DNA of 64,000 bases. Origin: Tubiluchus corallicola. Lineage: Eukaryota; Animalia; Priapulida. Numbering within the stretch: the first letter of the stretch is position 1; each line of letters opens with the position of its first letter. The position numbers and the translations under genes are program-made. This document shows, piece after piece, positions 13,460-27,060 of this stretch. Below the pieces are notes generated by a model. That model had not been told where the DNA came from. It did no database searches and was given only the letters and a program-made list of their open reading frames with translations. The stretch is taken from positions 104,098-168,097 of the forward strand of contig JAQGDQ010000350.1 in NCBI GenBank assembly GCA_030141605.1, written 5' to 3'.

Positions 13460-13856
13460 TACAGGGCGTATCGCCATCTTGTTTGTGTGTGTAGTCACGT
13501 GACAAATTTCGTACTAGTTTATGCATTATCAGGGCCTAGGTTAAAAGGCACGTGACACACTTCCATCTTCACCGCATTTACGAAATAAAGAAAAAACCTT
13601 TACTTTTTTTATAATCTAATAGTAATAATACTACAGTAATAAATAAAATTAATGATAAATAACTGTAGTCGTCTAAAATAATTTCCCGCGGTACGATACA
13701 AACTCCCGTAGCTGCAACCCTAATAATCATAAATTATGCGAAGAAACTAAAAATACAGATTAAGGGCCACACACGTCACTGCGCGAGAGCGATTGCGCAT
13801 CAGTGATGTAAACACGGTTATTCACGTGCAGCTTTTAATGGCGGCTGTAGGTAAGT
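13460..13856 (+). promoter_or_regulatory. CpG-richer promoter-like region and probable 5' exon of the C2H2 gene
   Basis: E-boxes (gtcacgtgac 13494, gcacgtgac 13548, cacgtg 13823), YY1-like motifs (cgccatctt 13471; aatggcggc 13837), consensus donor AG|GTAAGT at 13850/13851 with a matching acceptor at 16355. Confidence 0.55.
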
Positions 13857-14249
13857 AATGCATGATTTTAATCTGGACTTATAAAGCGCAAGAAGCAATA
13901 ATATTATGGGAATATGGTGTATATTACGCCTGTTGGTCTGCTTTCTGGCTTGCAGGCGTGAAAACAACCAATAGGCCAGGAAAAGCTAGGCGGTGCGAAA
14001 GTGTAATAGCGCCAACTTTTTGTTTGAATATTAATGTTTTATATAAGCAGGGTGTTGCACCTTTTTTATTCCACGTCCATCTAAACCTTAACTGCCTTAA
14101 ATAATTGTCAGCCTGCGAAAACCTTACAGTGAACTTTATGATGACATATATTTTTAGTTTGGATACACTTGGTAACGAGCTAGGGTTTCAGGTGTTTTGA
14201 GTTGCTTACAGAACGAAGCAGCTGAATAATGCATTTAATCATAATAACA

Positions 14250-15156
14250 AATGTGTGCTTTCCGAGCAAAATCGTATATAAGTCGGCAATTATGCTTTTC
14301 TAGCTATTTACATATCCTGAATCTCATTTTCATGTTAATCATGTGCTCTACTCTACTTGTTATTTCTAAGTTCAGATCATCCACCTTAAATTTGAGGTGC
14401 AGGCTGCACACTGAAAAACATAATCTTGAGAAAATTGCTATTAAAGTTGATCATTGTTTTTTGTTGTGTTTCTACTTGGCAACCGTTCAAGTGTTGGTTG
14501 CTACAGTCTTTACAAGAACACATTGAAATAATGTTTAAAACCAATAAATGGCTCTTACTGACGAAGGTCGGGGCTTGGCAACAGAAAAATCTAAAACAAG
14601 ATGATTGCTTCATTGAGCTACAAAAAATACGAGAATACAAGTTTTTTACAATTCAGTACTAATTTCATGCCAGAAAAGTGAGTACGGGGCTCAAAAAAAA
14701 TGTGATTTTTAGTATTTTTGAACATTTTCTAGATAATTTGATGCTAAAATATAGCATTTGTTTTTATAAAAAGCAACAAATTAACATTTGACAAAATTTT
14801 TGGCACATTGTGCTTTGGAGCATCATAGCACTGTTTTAACTTCAATGTGGATTATCTCAGCTTAGAAATAACATAAAGCAATGAGCTTGGTATCAAAATA
14901 AACTAAGTAACAACATTTGTGCGTCTGCTAAGTGTTTTCTAGAAATGCGACAAAAAGGAATGGCCAACTTTAACAGTGATTTTCTCAAGATTATGTTTTT
15001 CAGTGTGCAGCCTGCACCTCAACTTCAATGTGGATTATCTCAGCTTAGAAATAACATAGAGCAATGAACTTGGTATCAAAATGGTCCTCATGAAATGGAG
15101 ATTCACGATATGTGGATAACTAGACTTACGGATGATTTTGCTATGCAAGCGCACAT
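14250..15156. mobile_element. Foldback/MITE-like element with long imperfect inverted arms
   Basis: ttgaggtgcaggctgcacactgaaaaacataatcttgagaaaat (about 14391-14435) is the reverse complement of about 14979-15022; weaker similarity extends to roughly 200 bp per arm. Confidence 0.7.
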
Positions 15157-16383
15157 ATAAAGATAACAATAAATTGTGTAAATATTTTTTTATTTGCTTC
15201 TGAATCGAACCAGATATTTTTGGTTTTACAGTAAATCTATTTTCGTTTAGAAATTTGGCTAACTGCTTTGTTTATGGTAGTAGTTACATGTTTCTATTTT
15301 TTCAGTGTTTGGATTTGCGTGCTTTAGATCAGTCTGCATTAATTCAATTCATTATAATTGTTTTTTCATTCATTTTATTTCTGTAGGGCACTATCAGCTG
15401 TATTTAAATGATGAGATTCCATTCTCTTCTATTTTGCATATACCTTAATTAAATTAAAAGTAAAATAACTTTTGCCATTTGTCTTCAATTTACAAAGCTG
15501 AGTTATGTGCAGTTTAATGACATCAGCGTCCAAATTTTATTGTATTCCACCTGCCAGTTGGTTGCCAAGCACACTTTCAAAGGTAAACAATAAGTTTTCA
15601 TATTACACTCCATTTTGAAGTACAGTAAAAAGCATACATTTTAACACCAATTAAACTGCAGAAGAGCATCTCTGATAATTAAGTAATAGATTAAAAACTT
15701 ATCAGAAGGCGGGCGAGCGGAACTATTAATGGCATTGCAGCTGAACATTATTTTCAATGGCAGACACATTCCGTGATCGTGTTGCAATAGAGTAAATTAA
15801 AGTATGGTGCTACTGTAGAACATTCAGGGTGATATACAAAAACTCTGCAGATATTCAAATTTCAAATTTTCCGCTGCTCATACATGAGATCCTGAACATG
15901 TGTGCAACATCACAAACGAACACCTCTGAACGGAGAAGCGCAGCACCAGTTTCCGAGGTGCAGGTGCTAGTGCCCATCTAACCAGTGAAGAACTAGACTC
16001 GCAAATATGAAATTGCATTTGTAAGCTAATAATTTTTTCACATTTATTATTCTTGAAAGAATAGTATGTTGGGACAGATTTTTCTTTAATGAGTTGAGGG
16101 GTGGTACATTTTTTAAGTGAGTATGCTTGAATACAAAGACTGGGCTGAAAAAGCTTCCCTTTTGCTCAGATTTCATTTTGCTCGCTGTATCAATTACAAT
16201 CTCAACTTACTTTTGTAGGCTATATTTTTTGAATTTTCTTTTATTTCTTTTATTCTTGTACACATCATGTTGAATTGTCCTTTACTCTTATTTAGAAAAT
16301 GATTATTTAATAAAATACGAGCCTTTATTTTTGTCTTTTGTTTCTTTTTTGGCAGATACAGATGAAGCTCATGAATAATCAAG

Positions 16384-17715
16384 ATGAATCCAACTGTTCA
16401 GACAGACTTTGTAAGTGTTAAAATGGAACATAATGTTTTAGAAAATGTCACAGAAGATTGCGACAACGATGTTCAAGCAGTTGTTGTCGTTCCAAAAATT
16501 GAAACTTGTATTTTAGGAAATGTGACAACAAATTATAGTAATGAAGAATTGATAAATCAGGATGTAGAAGTTTATTCTGCGCCAGTGAAATGTGAACCAG
16601 AAGTGTCAACATTCGATGTAAAAACTTACAGCAACAGTGAAATGGCATACCATGATGATCAAGATACTTTCATGCCTGAAGAACAAGAGACTAACATCTC
16701 AACTGAAGCTGTAGAAGGTGTGGCACATCATGACGATCAAGATGATGATGTCTGTGAAGAAAAGGTTTTTGCATGCGAACATTGTGGAGCTGTTTATTCT
16801 CGCTCCGGTTCTTTGAGACGTCACGTACGAACCCACGACAAAGATAAACCTTTAAAATGTGATTACTGTGAAGCTGAATTTATTTTTCCGTGCGATTATA
16901 AGCGTCATGTTAGAACTCACACAGGTGAAAAACCTTACAGATGTTCGCAATGTGATGCTGCGTTCATTAAAGCTTGGAGTTTGAAAAGTCATATGAGAAC
17001 TCACACAGGAGAGAAGCCTTTCAAATGTGATGAGTGTGATGCTGCATTCTCTTGGTCAAATGATTTAAAACGTCATGTAAGAATTCATACGGGAGAGAAA
17101 CCATATAAATGTAATCAGTGTGATGCTGCTTATACTTGGTCAAATGCATTGCAGCAACATTTGAGATCACACACCGGCGAGAAGCCATTTAAATGTGACT
17201 TATGCAACTCTGCCTTTTCTCATTCAAGCCACTTAAAATGTCATTTGAGGATTCACAATGATGAAAAACCTTTTAAATGTATCTGGTGCAAAGCCGCTTT
17301 TAATCAGTCGGGACACTTAAAAGAACATTTGAGAATTCATACGGGAGAAAAACCTTATAAATGTGACCACTGTTCTCTTACTTTTGCTCATTCAGGCAGT
17401 TTGAAACGACACTTAAAAACTCACACAGGAGAAAAACCGTATGAGTGTTGCCACTGCAATGCACGTTTTGCTCAATCGAGACACTTAAAAGAACACGTAA
17501 GAACTCACACAGGAGAAAAGCCTTACAAGTGTGATAGCTGTGATGCTGCTTTTGCACGCTCAGGCACTTTAAAGCGACATATAAGAACTCACACAGGATT
17601 GAAACCTTATAAATGTAATCAGTGTAGTGCAGCTTTCACTCGCTCTGGATCATTGGCTGGACATGTGAAAACTCACCAGAAGCAAAACCTCTCCAGCAAA
17701 ATTCATTGTTCCTAG
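16384..17715 (+). CDS. C2H2 (Kruppel-type) zinc-finger protein, 11 tandem fingers, acidic N-terminus, 443 aa
   Basis: 11 CxxC-x12-HxxxH units with TGEKP(Y/F) linkers; acceptor at 16355 upstream; AATAAA near 17781. Confidence 0.95.
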   Translation: MNPTVQTDFVSVKMEHNVLENVTEDCDNDVQAVVVVPKIETCILGNVTTNYSNEELINQDVEVYSAPVKCEPEVSTFDVKTYSNSEMAYHDDQDTFMPEEQETNISTEAVEGVAHHDDQDDDVCEEKVFACEHCGAVYSRSGSLRRHVRTHDKDKPLKCDYCEAEFIFPCDYKRHVRTHTGEKPYRCSQCDAAFIKAWSLKSHMRTHTGEKPFKCDECDAAFSWSNDLKRHVRIHTGEKPYKCNQCDAAYTWSNALQQHLRSHTGEKPFKCDLCNSAFSHSSHLKCHLRIHNDEKPFKCIWCKAAFNQSGHLKEHLRIHTGEKPYKCDHCSLTFAHSGSLKRHLKTHTGEKPYECCHCNARFAQSRHLKEHVRTHTGEKPYKCDSCDAAFARSGTLKRHIRTHTGLKPYKCNQCSAAFTRSGSLAGHVKTHQKQNLSSKIHCS

Positions 17716-17955
17716 TTAAAGTTTAGCCGCAATGTAAAAAATCTTGCAAGACAAGATGCAGCATCAATAACTCATTCTCAAATAAAAAATATGAGCATTT
17801 ATTAATACGAATTAAAGTGTCTTTCTTATCATATTTGTCATTAGAGATTATCAAGCTTATTTACGCCGTGTAAAAATAAATAAGTACTCGTGTTACAGTA
17901 AAATTTAGTTATTTTCCACTTTACCATTACCATAATTATTATTTTTATTATGAGA

Positions 17956-18415
17956 CAGTCAACTTCTGATATAAGGGACACTTCCGGTCGGGAAAAATAT
18001 ATCTGATGTCCCTTATAGTTGAAGTTGAGTCAGGCCGAGGCTGTATGTAGAGACCTGTACTTTTCTGTACTTTTACATATATTTTTATGGATTATTGCTA
18101 CATATTCAGTACGAACGGTATGCAGGAAGCTCCTTCAGTGATGCGAGATGTATGTGACTGCGGAAACCGAACTGTTCGAAGGCCGAGTTTGTGAAAAATT
18201 GAAATTAAAAACTGATCGAGTTTGCTTTGATCATGGGGTCCCTGATATGTGAGGAAATTTACCTGGGTTTCTATATATGCGGGACTTGAAGATATCCTCC
18301 CATATAAAAAGGTCTTTACATAGGAAAAACGTTACGAAAAATCAGGACCGATGTTGGTGGTCCCTTATAAGCGAATTTCCCTAATAAGCAAGTACCTTAT
18401 ACCCGACGTTGACTG
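17956..18415. mobile_element. Tigger/pogo-like MITE
   Basis: Imperfect TIRs cagtcaacttctgatataagg ... ccttatacccgacgttgactg, TA on the right flank, internal (t)cccttata subrepeats. Confidence 0.6.
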
Positions 18416-21400
18416 TATTTGTCACCAGAGATAGTTAAACTTATTTATACCATGTAAATAAAATAAATAAGTATTCTTGTTGCAGTAAAACCTAGTGTAT
18501 TTTTTATATCAATATTTTGCCGTACATCCTCAGTTATACGTAGCCAAAAGCTTAATACCCAAAATCTTAAATTAACATTCTCTACACTAACAATTGCTGA
18601 CTCAGTGAAATTCTGTTTAAATTGTTTTCTTCCAAATAAACATAAAAGGACTATAGCCTAGGTCACACTAAATTTGAGGTATTGGAAAAGGAGATCAGAT
18701 GACATGCCCGATCTAGACTGTCAACTGTGTGTTTGCACTTTCAAATAATTAATTATCATGCTTAATGATTAAAGAATTCATATATCACTGCAACACAACA
18801 AATAACTTCAAATATCGAATAATTGAAGGTTATTGTAAGAAATTTTTGAATATTTTCAGATTTTCAAAGTTTTTCCAAAACTTCAGTTAATAATTATTGA
18901 AAGTTTGTTTAATTACTAATAAATCTTAAGATTTTAGTAATTCACTCAGAACTAATTCTTTTCCATGTCTCTCTGCCTGTTGGTGATCTCTACACTGTCA
19001 GTAACATGACATTTTTAAAATTTTGTTTTTTTATCAAAACAACAATACAATATAGCAAAACACATTACGATAACATGGTATACATAGTAGAATTAACTTC
19101 ATAATAAGATCGACATGACATGACATCTATATAGATTTTTGCTTTCATTCTAGTCAGAAGCATTATGTGACTACAATGCAACCAATGGTGCTGGTGTTGA
19201 GATGCAAAAACTGGAAAGTAAAAATGATGGAATGATAGTGGAGAATGCAGGAGATGGGAATTAGTAGGATTAGGTTAGTGAAATGATGTGAATGAGAACA
19301 AATATGAGATTGCTATTAGGACAACTCAAAAATATAAACAGTTATGAACAGAAGACACTATGAGCCAGTCTGTCACTTACTGTGAATCTGAACATGCATC
19401 ATTTTAGGACATATACAGTCTTTAGGAATAAGACAATTATTTGCTAATGCAATGAAAACGATTGCAATGCTACATCATAGATGGCGCCAGGTGAATTATA
19501 ATCTCCGATTTTATTTGCTTCTATCGGTTTCCATACAAATTTTCCCCATGCAAATTAACTAACGTAGCACTGAAGCGCCACCTGCGGTAGAATTTTTTTG
19601 CCGATTGCCTGCTTCTCTTTGTGCATCCAACTTTTTGAACATGCAATAGTTATCTTTTCTGGAGTCTTATCGATATCTATAGTCTTATCAATAATAGACT
19701 CTTCTCTGGACCCTTCTCGATCAAAATTATAAATTTGCCAAACTCATCGACATTGCTATTAATATTAATAATATAAAATTTTATATGATAATTTTTTATT
19801 CATATGTGTGTATGCAGCTACTCTGTAAGATAAATAGTGTTTAAACTGTCAGAAACAGTTTTCCACTGCTCACCCATCCATTCTATCAACGAGGTTTAGT
19901 GGTAACAGGGTGCTTAAATACCAAATCAAATGCTTCCATTCTGCTGGTTGCTTTCGCTGCTATGGTGTGGGGATGGTGTTTGGTGCGATGTAGAATGGTG
20001 TATTGTTGGTGCAGAGTGGTGGGTTTTGTGTGGTGGATGTCGTATGGTTTGCTATTCTGGGTTTATGCTCAAATCTTTAGCTAATCTTATAATTAGTTTA
20101 GCTGGTAGGGCGATATTATATGAATGGAAAATTTTTCGCCAAACTACAATTAACCAAACGAAAGGTCCCGATCTGCCGATATATCTGCTAATTAGACAAA
20201 TAATTTATGATTTATTCCCCGACTACGAGGCTGCTAATTAGACAAATAATTTAGGATAACAAATGATTTATTCCCCGACTACGAGAGCTTGGGCGGGGTC
20301 AGAATGGCTATGGCAAATACCACAGCGCCCTCTAACCACGAAATACGCGGTGTGGGTAAATCTTTATCTCTCTAGTTTACTAGCTAAGCTCTGCAATAAG
20401 CCGTTTCAGTGTGAGAATGTTCTGCGCGTGTAGCAGATCGCTGGCTCCAGTCATTTGAGCTTATTGACTTCTGAGCGCTCTGTTACTTTTTACTGTCTCT
20501 GGGACAGAGTCCTGGGGTGTCACTGTTTCAAAATCCATGGCCCGACTTTCAGCCCTCATTAACTGTTTTCTAGATCAGCAGGCGGTCAGGCATCACATGA
20601 CCGAGGTCTGACAATCATCTCACTGACCAAACACCATGCGTTGTAGACGTTACTAATACGTTTCCAATTATCTTCAGCCAACTTACAGAACCACGCCTGT
20701 CTCGGAAGTACAAACCAACATGGGACAAATTTCTCTTAATTAATGCAAAGTTTATCTCGTAGCTTAGTTTTACGTTGATTTATTAATTCATATAAATTTA
20801 TCTAACATAACTGGAGTTATTAGAGACGCTTTCATAAGCATATTAAATGCGTGGTGAAAGCTGAACGAGTTCTCTTCTAGATATAATGAACAATCTCTTT
20901 TTAATTTCATTTATTCAATGGTCCAATTCTGATTATTCTTTGATGAAAAATTGTTAATTCCAAAATGAAATCACAACAACAGGGTGGGGATACTTACCTG
21001 TTTGTGGGAAAACGTATAGCTCTTATTTCTAGAGAACTGGCGTTTTTCTGAGCCCAAAATACCCAATTTTTTCCAACTTTTTACCGAACACTGCGTAGAA
21101 AAAACATTCTAGAACACTTTTTGGGCTCTTGGAGGGAGATATGTAGTTCTGTGCAAAGAAGAGGAAAATTGCCAAACGGTGATATAAACGATTGCTAAAC
21201 GGTGACGTTTGCATTATTCTGACGTCACTCCATTATATTCTGCCTGCGCTTTCACTTATTTTGCCAGCCAGGCTGCTCCTGGCTGTTATTATATAATGTG
21301 CTAATGAATATCTGTGCATTATTGATCATTGGTGGATAGGTCTTATAGCATTATCATAGCACACAGTTTCAGCCTTGAATAAAATGTTTTGCATAGTTTT

Positions 21401-22212
21401 GCTATACTGCTTATCCTGTTGGTGTTGTAGGTGTCCTCATCATCATCGTCATTTCATCATCATCACTGTCATCGTCATTACCATCATGATCATCATGTGA
21501 TGTGGTGGGTTGTGGTGTAGTGGGTGTGGTGAGTGCACGGTGGTTGATGTGGTGGTGGATGTGCCATGGTATGGTGTAATGTGAGTGGTGTAGTGCAGTT
21601 TGGATGACGTTGTACAGATGTGTGATGTGGTTAGTGTGCTGCGGTAGGGTGGTATGGTATGAATGGTGTATTGTGGTTGGTGCAGTGTGAACACTACGCG
21701 AAAGTCCACTTGGTTAAATAGTAAATAAAAATAATGCATTTTATTGAGTCACGCATAGCACCGATAAATGAATACAAGATTGAATACTGTAAAAACAGAT
21801 AAACAAGACTGAAAATAAGTGTTAGCAAAAAAACAGAGTTTTGTAGGAGACGTTGCTTACAAGAAAACATCGAAAAAATTTCACGAACATATTTTTAGGA
21901 TTACTGAGCAGCAGCAGCAGCAACAGTAGTAAAAGTTTTATTGCAAGTATTGTGATACAGCGACAGTTAGTTGGAATGAAATGTGTAACTATACGTAATA
22001 AATTAAAAATGTTCGCGCTAATTGGTAAATGTCGCCGACTCTCTAGGGTGGCACACTCACTAACCAAAATCGTCTTTTTAATCTTATTGAAAAGATGCAG
22101 TGATTTAAAATTTTACTTAGTTAGCAACATCTGTGCTACTACGCATGCTCCGACTACTTTTCCAAACTTCACACAATGTTATCTATATCGCCAGAGTTTA
22201 AATTTACAAGTT

Positions 22213-22410
22213 TTACACAGCGTTACTACTGAGGCGAGCCTTATTCTACACAGCGTTACTACTGAGGCGAGCCTTATTCTACACAGCGTTACTACTGAGG
22301 CGAGCCTTATTCTACACAGCGTTACTACTGAGGCGAGCCTTATTCTACACAGCGTTACTACTGAGGCGAGCCTTATTCTACACAGCGTTACTACTGAGGC
22401 GAGCCTTATC
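22213..22410. repeat. Minisatellite, 33-bp unit x6
   Basis: tacacagcgttactactgaggcgagccttattc repeated almost perfectly. Confidence 0.95.
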
Positions 22411-23439
22411 TAAGTGGCTATTGTGGCTTTTCATACAAAAAGAAACACTTGTTGGATTTCTCAGCTGACTGGACTTGTGTCTAAACGCCTTTTGCAGCAC
22501 ATTTGAAGACCTAGCAGAGAGTGCATCATTCGTAGGAACCTACGTACCCTGGCAGAGCTGAAACTGTGAAAATATGACTGTAAATTTTTTATTTTCTACT
22601 GTTCATTTAGTGCTTGAATTTCAGCTGTCTTTACTATGTAATCTAGATACTTAATATTTCACCGGTTAATAAGGTTTGCTATTACTGTATAATTTAGTTG
22701 GTGCTGCCACCTATTTTACAGTGCTTATGAACAGCAACGCATTCTAGACAAAGCAAACACTGTGGTATCACACAATTTATTTACAATGCAGAAAAATTAT
22801 GCAAAGCCAAAAAACTCCAATTTACATTCAGCACAACAATATTTTACGAAAACTCATATGTTTCATTTCACAAAATCAATTTATCTACATTGGAGAAAAA
22901 TAAGTCAAAAACTCCAATTAACATTTCGGCACAGTCATGTGTGCCATTTAATAATGTATTTATGAAGGCTCGGTAACTGGACCCATGGAGGACTCCGTAT
23001 TTTCGTTATGATTTTTATGATATTCATAAAATATGTGCAGAAAAAATATTCAAAACGTTCCAAAAATTTTCCAATGTTGAGAACAAGTCAAAGTTGATTG
23101 AAGACAGTTTCTCAATGATGGTCATGAGCAAAAATAACTATTTCAATGTTGGCTAGTGAAATACAGCTTTCTACTGGGAGGCTTCCAATGTGCCAAGTTA
23201 AATTCCAGTGCAAGATGACCCAAATTTCTCTTTGGAGGTTTGTAGAATTTAGATAAATTTCAATTAGAACGTTAATTGCTATTTGCAATTTACAACTTCA
23301 GCATCATCAGCGGAATACATTGCAGTTCTACGTAATATTTAAAGTTGACATTCAAGACAAATTCTCTGCAATACATTGTATTCTAAAGTGCAATATATGC
23401 TGCGATATTAACTGCAACATTTCCTATAAGCTGCAGTAT

Positions 23440-23885
23440 ATATCAAATAAACTGTAGTATATTCTATTAATTATAACATATCCTATAATCTGCAGTAATT
23501 TAACTGCAATATATCGAACAAACTGTAGTATATTTTGTTAATTGTAACATGCCCTAAAAACTGCAGTATTCTGTTAACTGCAATATGTCATACAAACTGT
23601 AGTATATTTTGTTAATTGTAACATGCCCTAAAAACTGCAGTATTCTGTTAACTGCAATATATTATACAAACTGTAGTATATTTTGTTAATTGTAACATGC
23701 CCTAAAAACTGCAGTATTCTGTTAACTGCAATATATCATACAAACTGTAGTATATTTTGTTAATTGTAACATGCCCTAAAAACTGCAGTATTCTGTTAAC
23801 TGCAATATATCATACAAACTGTAGTATATTTTGTTAATTGAAACATGCCCTAAAAACTGCAGTATTCTGTTAACTGCAACATATT
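23440..23885. repeat. Minisatellite, 60-bp unit, about 6-7 copies
   Basis: aaactgtagtatattttgttaattgtaacatgccctaaaaactgcagtattctgttaactgcaat recurs; the left edge is degenerate; period estimated by eye. Confidence 0.85.
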
Positions 23886-24499
23886 ATGTAAACTCCACTA
23901 TTATTAAAATAGTTGCACTGCATCGTACATAACGTTGTGAATAAGAACTATTTACAAGAGAAAGGACCATGATGCTGATGATGCTGGCTGTTTATGAGGC
24001 GGCAGTTACCGAGCCGATGAGGAGGAATTTTCTGAAGAGCAGGGGGAGGGGGATTGCAAACAATAATTATTAATAATAATTTCTACTTCTTGTGCTTTAA
24101 TGAAGAAGCGTAATTGTTCAAAGCACGCTCAAAACATTTGAATTATTCGAAGCACTATTTAAATAATTCATTTAATTAACATTTAATATGTTCATAATAG
24201 CATTTATCCCCCTCCCATGCCGATAGTGACCAGGCGGTGGGAAGCTTACTTTTAACAATATGGCAGTACATATTTCATTCATTATATATTCAAACATTAT
24301 CTATACATGGACAGCGGTGGTTACTATATATTAGGCAACATCATTAATTTATGCAAGGTGGCAAACTCGATGCGTATAGTCAAAATAATCGCATGACTAT
24401 ATACAAGGTTGTGTGCTAAAATAGCAATTATTGTCATAGAAAAAAAAACATCCAGCCATTATTCCTCATATCACAGATAAGAATGAACAAATCTTTATA

Positions 24500-25315
24500 T
24501 CACACAGTGATGGAAATTACCACAACTGGTTCATGAAAATATACATAATGTACTGATAGAATACCATATGTGGTATAGGGGCATAGTGATGCCACAGTAT
24601 TGTGATGGATGTTATAGAACAGTGATGGAAAACAACCATCATCAGATGAAAATACATATAATGTACTAATAGAATACCATATTTGGTATAGGGGCATAGT
24701 GATGCCACAGTATTGTGATGGATGTTATAGAACAGTGATGGAAAATAACCATCATCAGATGAAAATACATATAATGTACTGATAGAATACCATATTTGGT
24801 ATAGAGGCATAGTGATGCCACAGTATTGTGATGGATGTTATAGAACAGTGATGGAAAATAACCATCATCAGATGAAAATACATATAATGTACTGATAGAA
24901 TACCATATTTGGTATAGGGGCATAGTGATGCCACAGTATTGTGATGGATGTTATAGAACAGTGATGAAAATAACCACATCAATAAAATACATAATGTACT
25001 GATAGAATACCATATTTGGTATAGGGGCATAGTGATGCCACAGTATTGTGATGGATGTTATAGAACAGTGATGGAAAATAACCATCATCAGATGAAAATA
25101 CATATAATGTACTGATAGAATACCATATTTGGTATAGGGGCATAGTGATGCCACAGTATTGTGATGGATGTTATGGAACAGTGATGGAAAATAACCATCA
25201 TCAGATGAAAATACATATAATGTACTGATAGAATACCATATTTGGTATAGGGGCATAGTGATGCCACAGTATAGTGATGGATGTTATAGAACAGTGATGG
25301 AAAATACCATCATCA
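24500..25315. repeat. Tandem repeat, 113-bp unit x7
   Basis: catagtgatgccacag recurs at 24582, 24695, 24808, 24921, 25028, 25141 and 25254 (one 107-bp unit). Confidence 0.95.
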
Positions 25316-25739
25316 ATGTGTCACATAAAATGACGTGATAATAATGTAAAAACTGCCATCCAGGTGTCAAATAAAGGGATAATCGTAATGCGAGTCACTA
25401 TTGATGTCACATGAAAAACTGACATCATGGTGATAGATACATTAAAAAAAAGAAACTGAAAATGTTAAAGAAGTGACTTGATGAAAGTCCAAGTTCTAGT
25501 GGTGGAAACTGCTATTAATGTACCACATAAAGTCACATGACAATGATGAACGTAAACAATACTAAAAGTAGAATATTTCAAGAAATACCAAGGCATCGGA
25601 GCAAAACTCCTGTCATGACCAATGGAAAAATGCACCTTACTGAAAATTGCACATTCTAGTTGAACGTAAGAATCAGCATTGAAACAGTGACAACAATTAA
25701 TGGTACAGAAAACAGCATCCAATAAAAGCTTACATCGAA

Positions 25740-27060
25740 ATAATTATCATTGAAGCTGCAACAATTCTGGTACAGAAAACAGCATCCAATGAAAGATTGC
25801 GTGATCAAAATTCTCTGGATAAAATTGAACATAATCATCATTGAACTGTACCAACAATTATGGTACAAAAATCTGCATCCAATTGAAGATTGCGTGATCA
25901 AAATTCTCTGGATAAAACTGAACATAATCATCATTGAACTGTACCAACAATTATGGTACAAAAATCTGCATCCAATTAAAGATTGCGTGATCTACATTCT
26001 CTGGATAAAATTGAACATAATCATCATTGAACTGCGCCAACAATTATGGTACAAAAATCTGCATCCAATAAAAGATAGCGTGATCAAAATTCTCTGGATA
26101 AAATTGAACATAATTATCATTGAACTGTACCAACAATTATGGTACAAAAATCTGCATCCAATTAAAGATTGCGTGATCTACATTCTCTGGATAAAATTGA
26201 ACATAATTATCATTGAACTGTACCAACAATTATGGTACAAAAATCTGCATCCAATAAAAGATAGCGTGATCAAAATTCTCTGGATAAAATTGAACATAAT
26301 CATCATTGAACTGTACCAACAATTATGGTACAAAAATCTGCATCCAATTAAAGATTGCGTGATCTACATTCTCTGGATAAAATTGAACATAATCATCATT
26401 GAACTGCGCCAACAATTATGGTACAAAAATCTCCATCCAATAAAAGATTGCGTGATCAAAATTCTCTGGATAAAATTGAACATAATTATCATTGAACTGT
26501 ACCAACAATTGTGGTACAAAAATCTGCATCCAATTGAAGATTGCGTGATCAAAATTCTCTGGATAAAATCGAACATAATCGTCATTGAACTGTACCAACA
26601 ATTATGGTACAAAAATCTGCATCCAATTGAAGATTGCGTGATCAAAATTCTCTGGATAAAATCGAACATAATCATCATTGAACTGTACCAACAATTATGG
26701 TACAGAAAACAGCAACCAATAAAAGATTGCGTGATCAAAATTGCCTTGATAAAATTGAAAGTAATTATCATTGAAACTGTACCAACAATTATAGCAGAGA
26801 AAAAAGCTCCGTTAAAGATTGCCTGATCAAAATTGCCTTGATCAAATTGAAAGTAGTTGGCATTGAAACTGTACCAACAATTATAACAGAGAAAAAAACC
26901 TCCGTTAAAGATTGCCTGATCAAAATTGCCTTGATCAAATTGAAAGTAGTTGGCATTGAAGCTTTGTTGTCGTGGGCAAAATTGAAAGTATTCATCACTG
27001 AACTTATAGAAACAATTATAACACAGAAAAAAGTTACATTGTATGATGAAAATTGCATTG
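25740..27060. repeat. Tandem repeat, 93-bp unit x about 11, with diverged terminal units
   Basis: 31-aa periodicity (KILWIKLNIIIIELYQQLWYKNLHPIKDCVI) in ORF 25750-26826. Confidence 0.95.

Noticed and set aside
22213-22410. 33-bp repeats as a CRISPR array
   Set aside because: Units are contiguous with no unique spacers, no cas genes, and the context is eukaryotic.
24500-25256. Overlapping 65-101 aa minus-strand ORFs
   Set aside because: Frame-shifting translations of the 113-bp tandem repeat.
25750-26826. 358-aa ORF as a real repeat protein
   Set aside because: It is explained by a 93-bp (multiple of 3) tandem unit that lacks stops in one frame; non-ATG start, no recognisable domain, and overlapping antisense ORFs.
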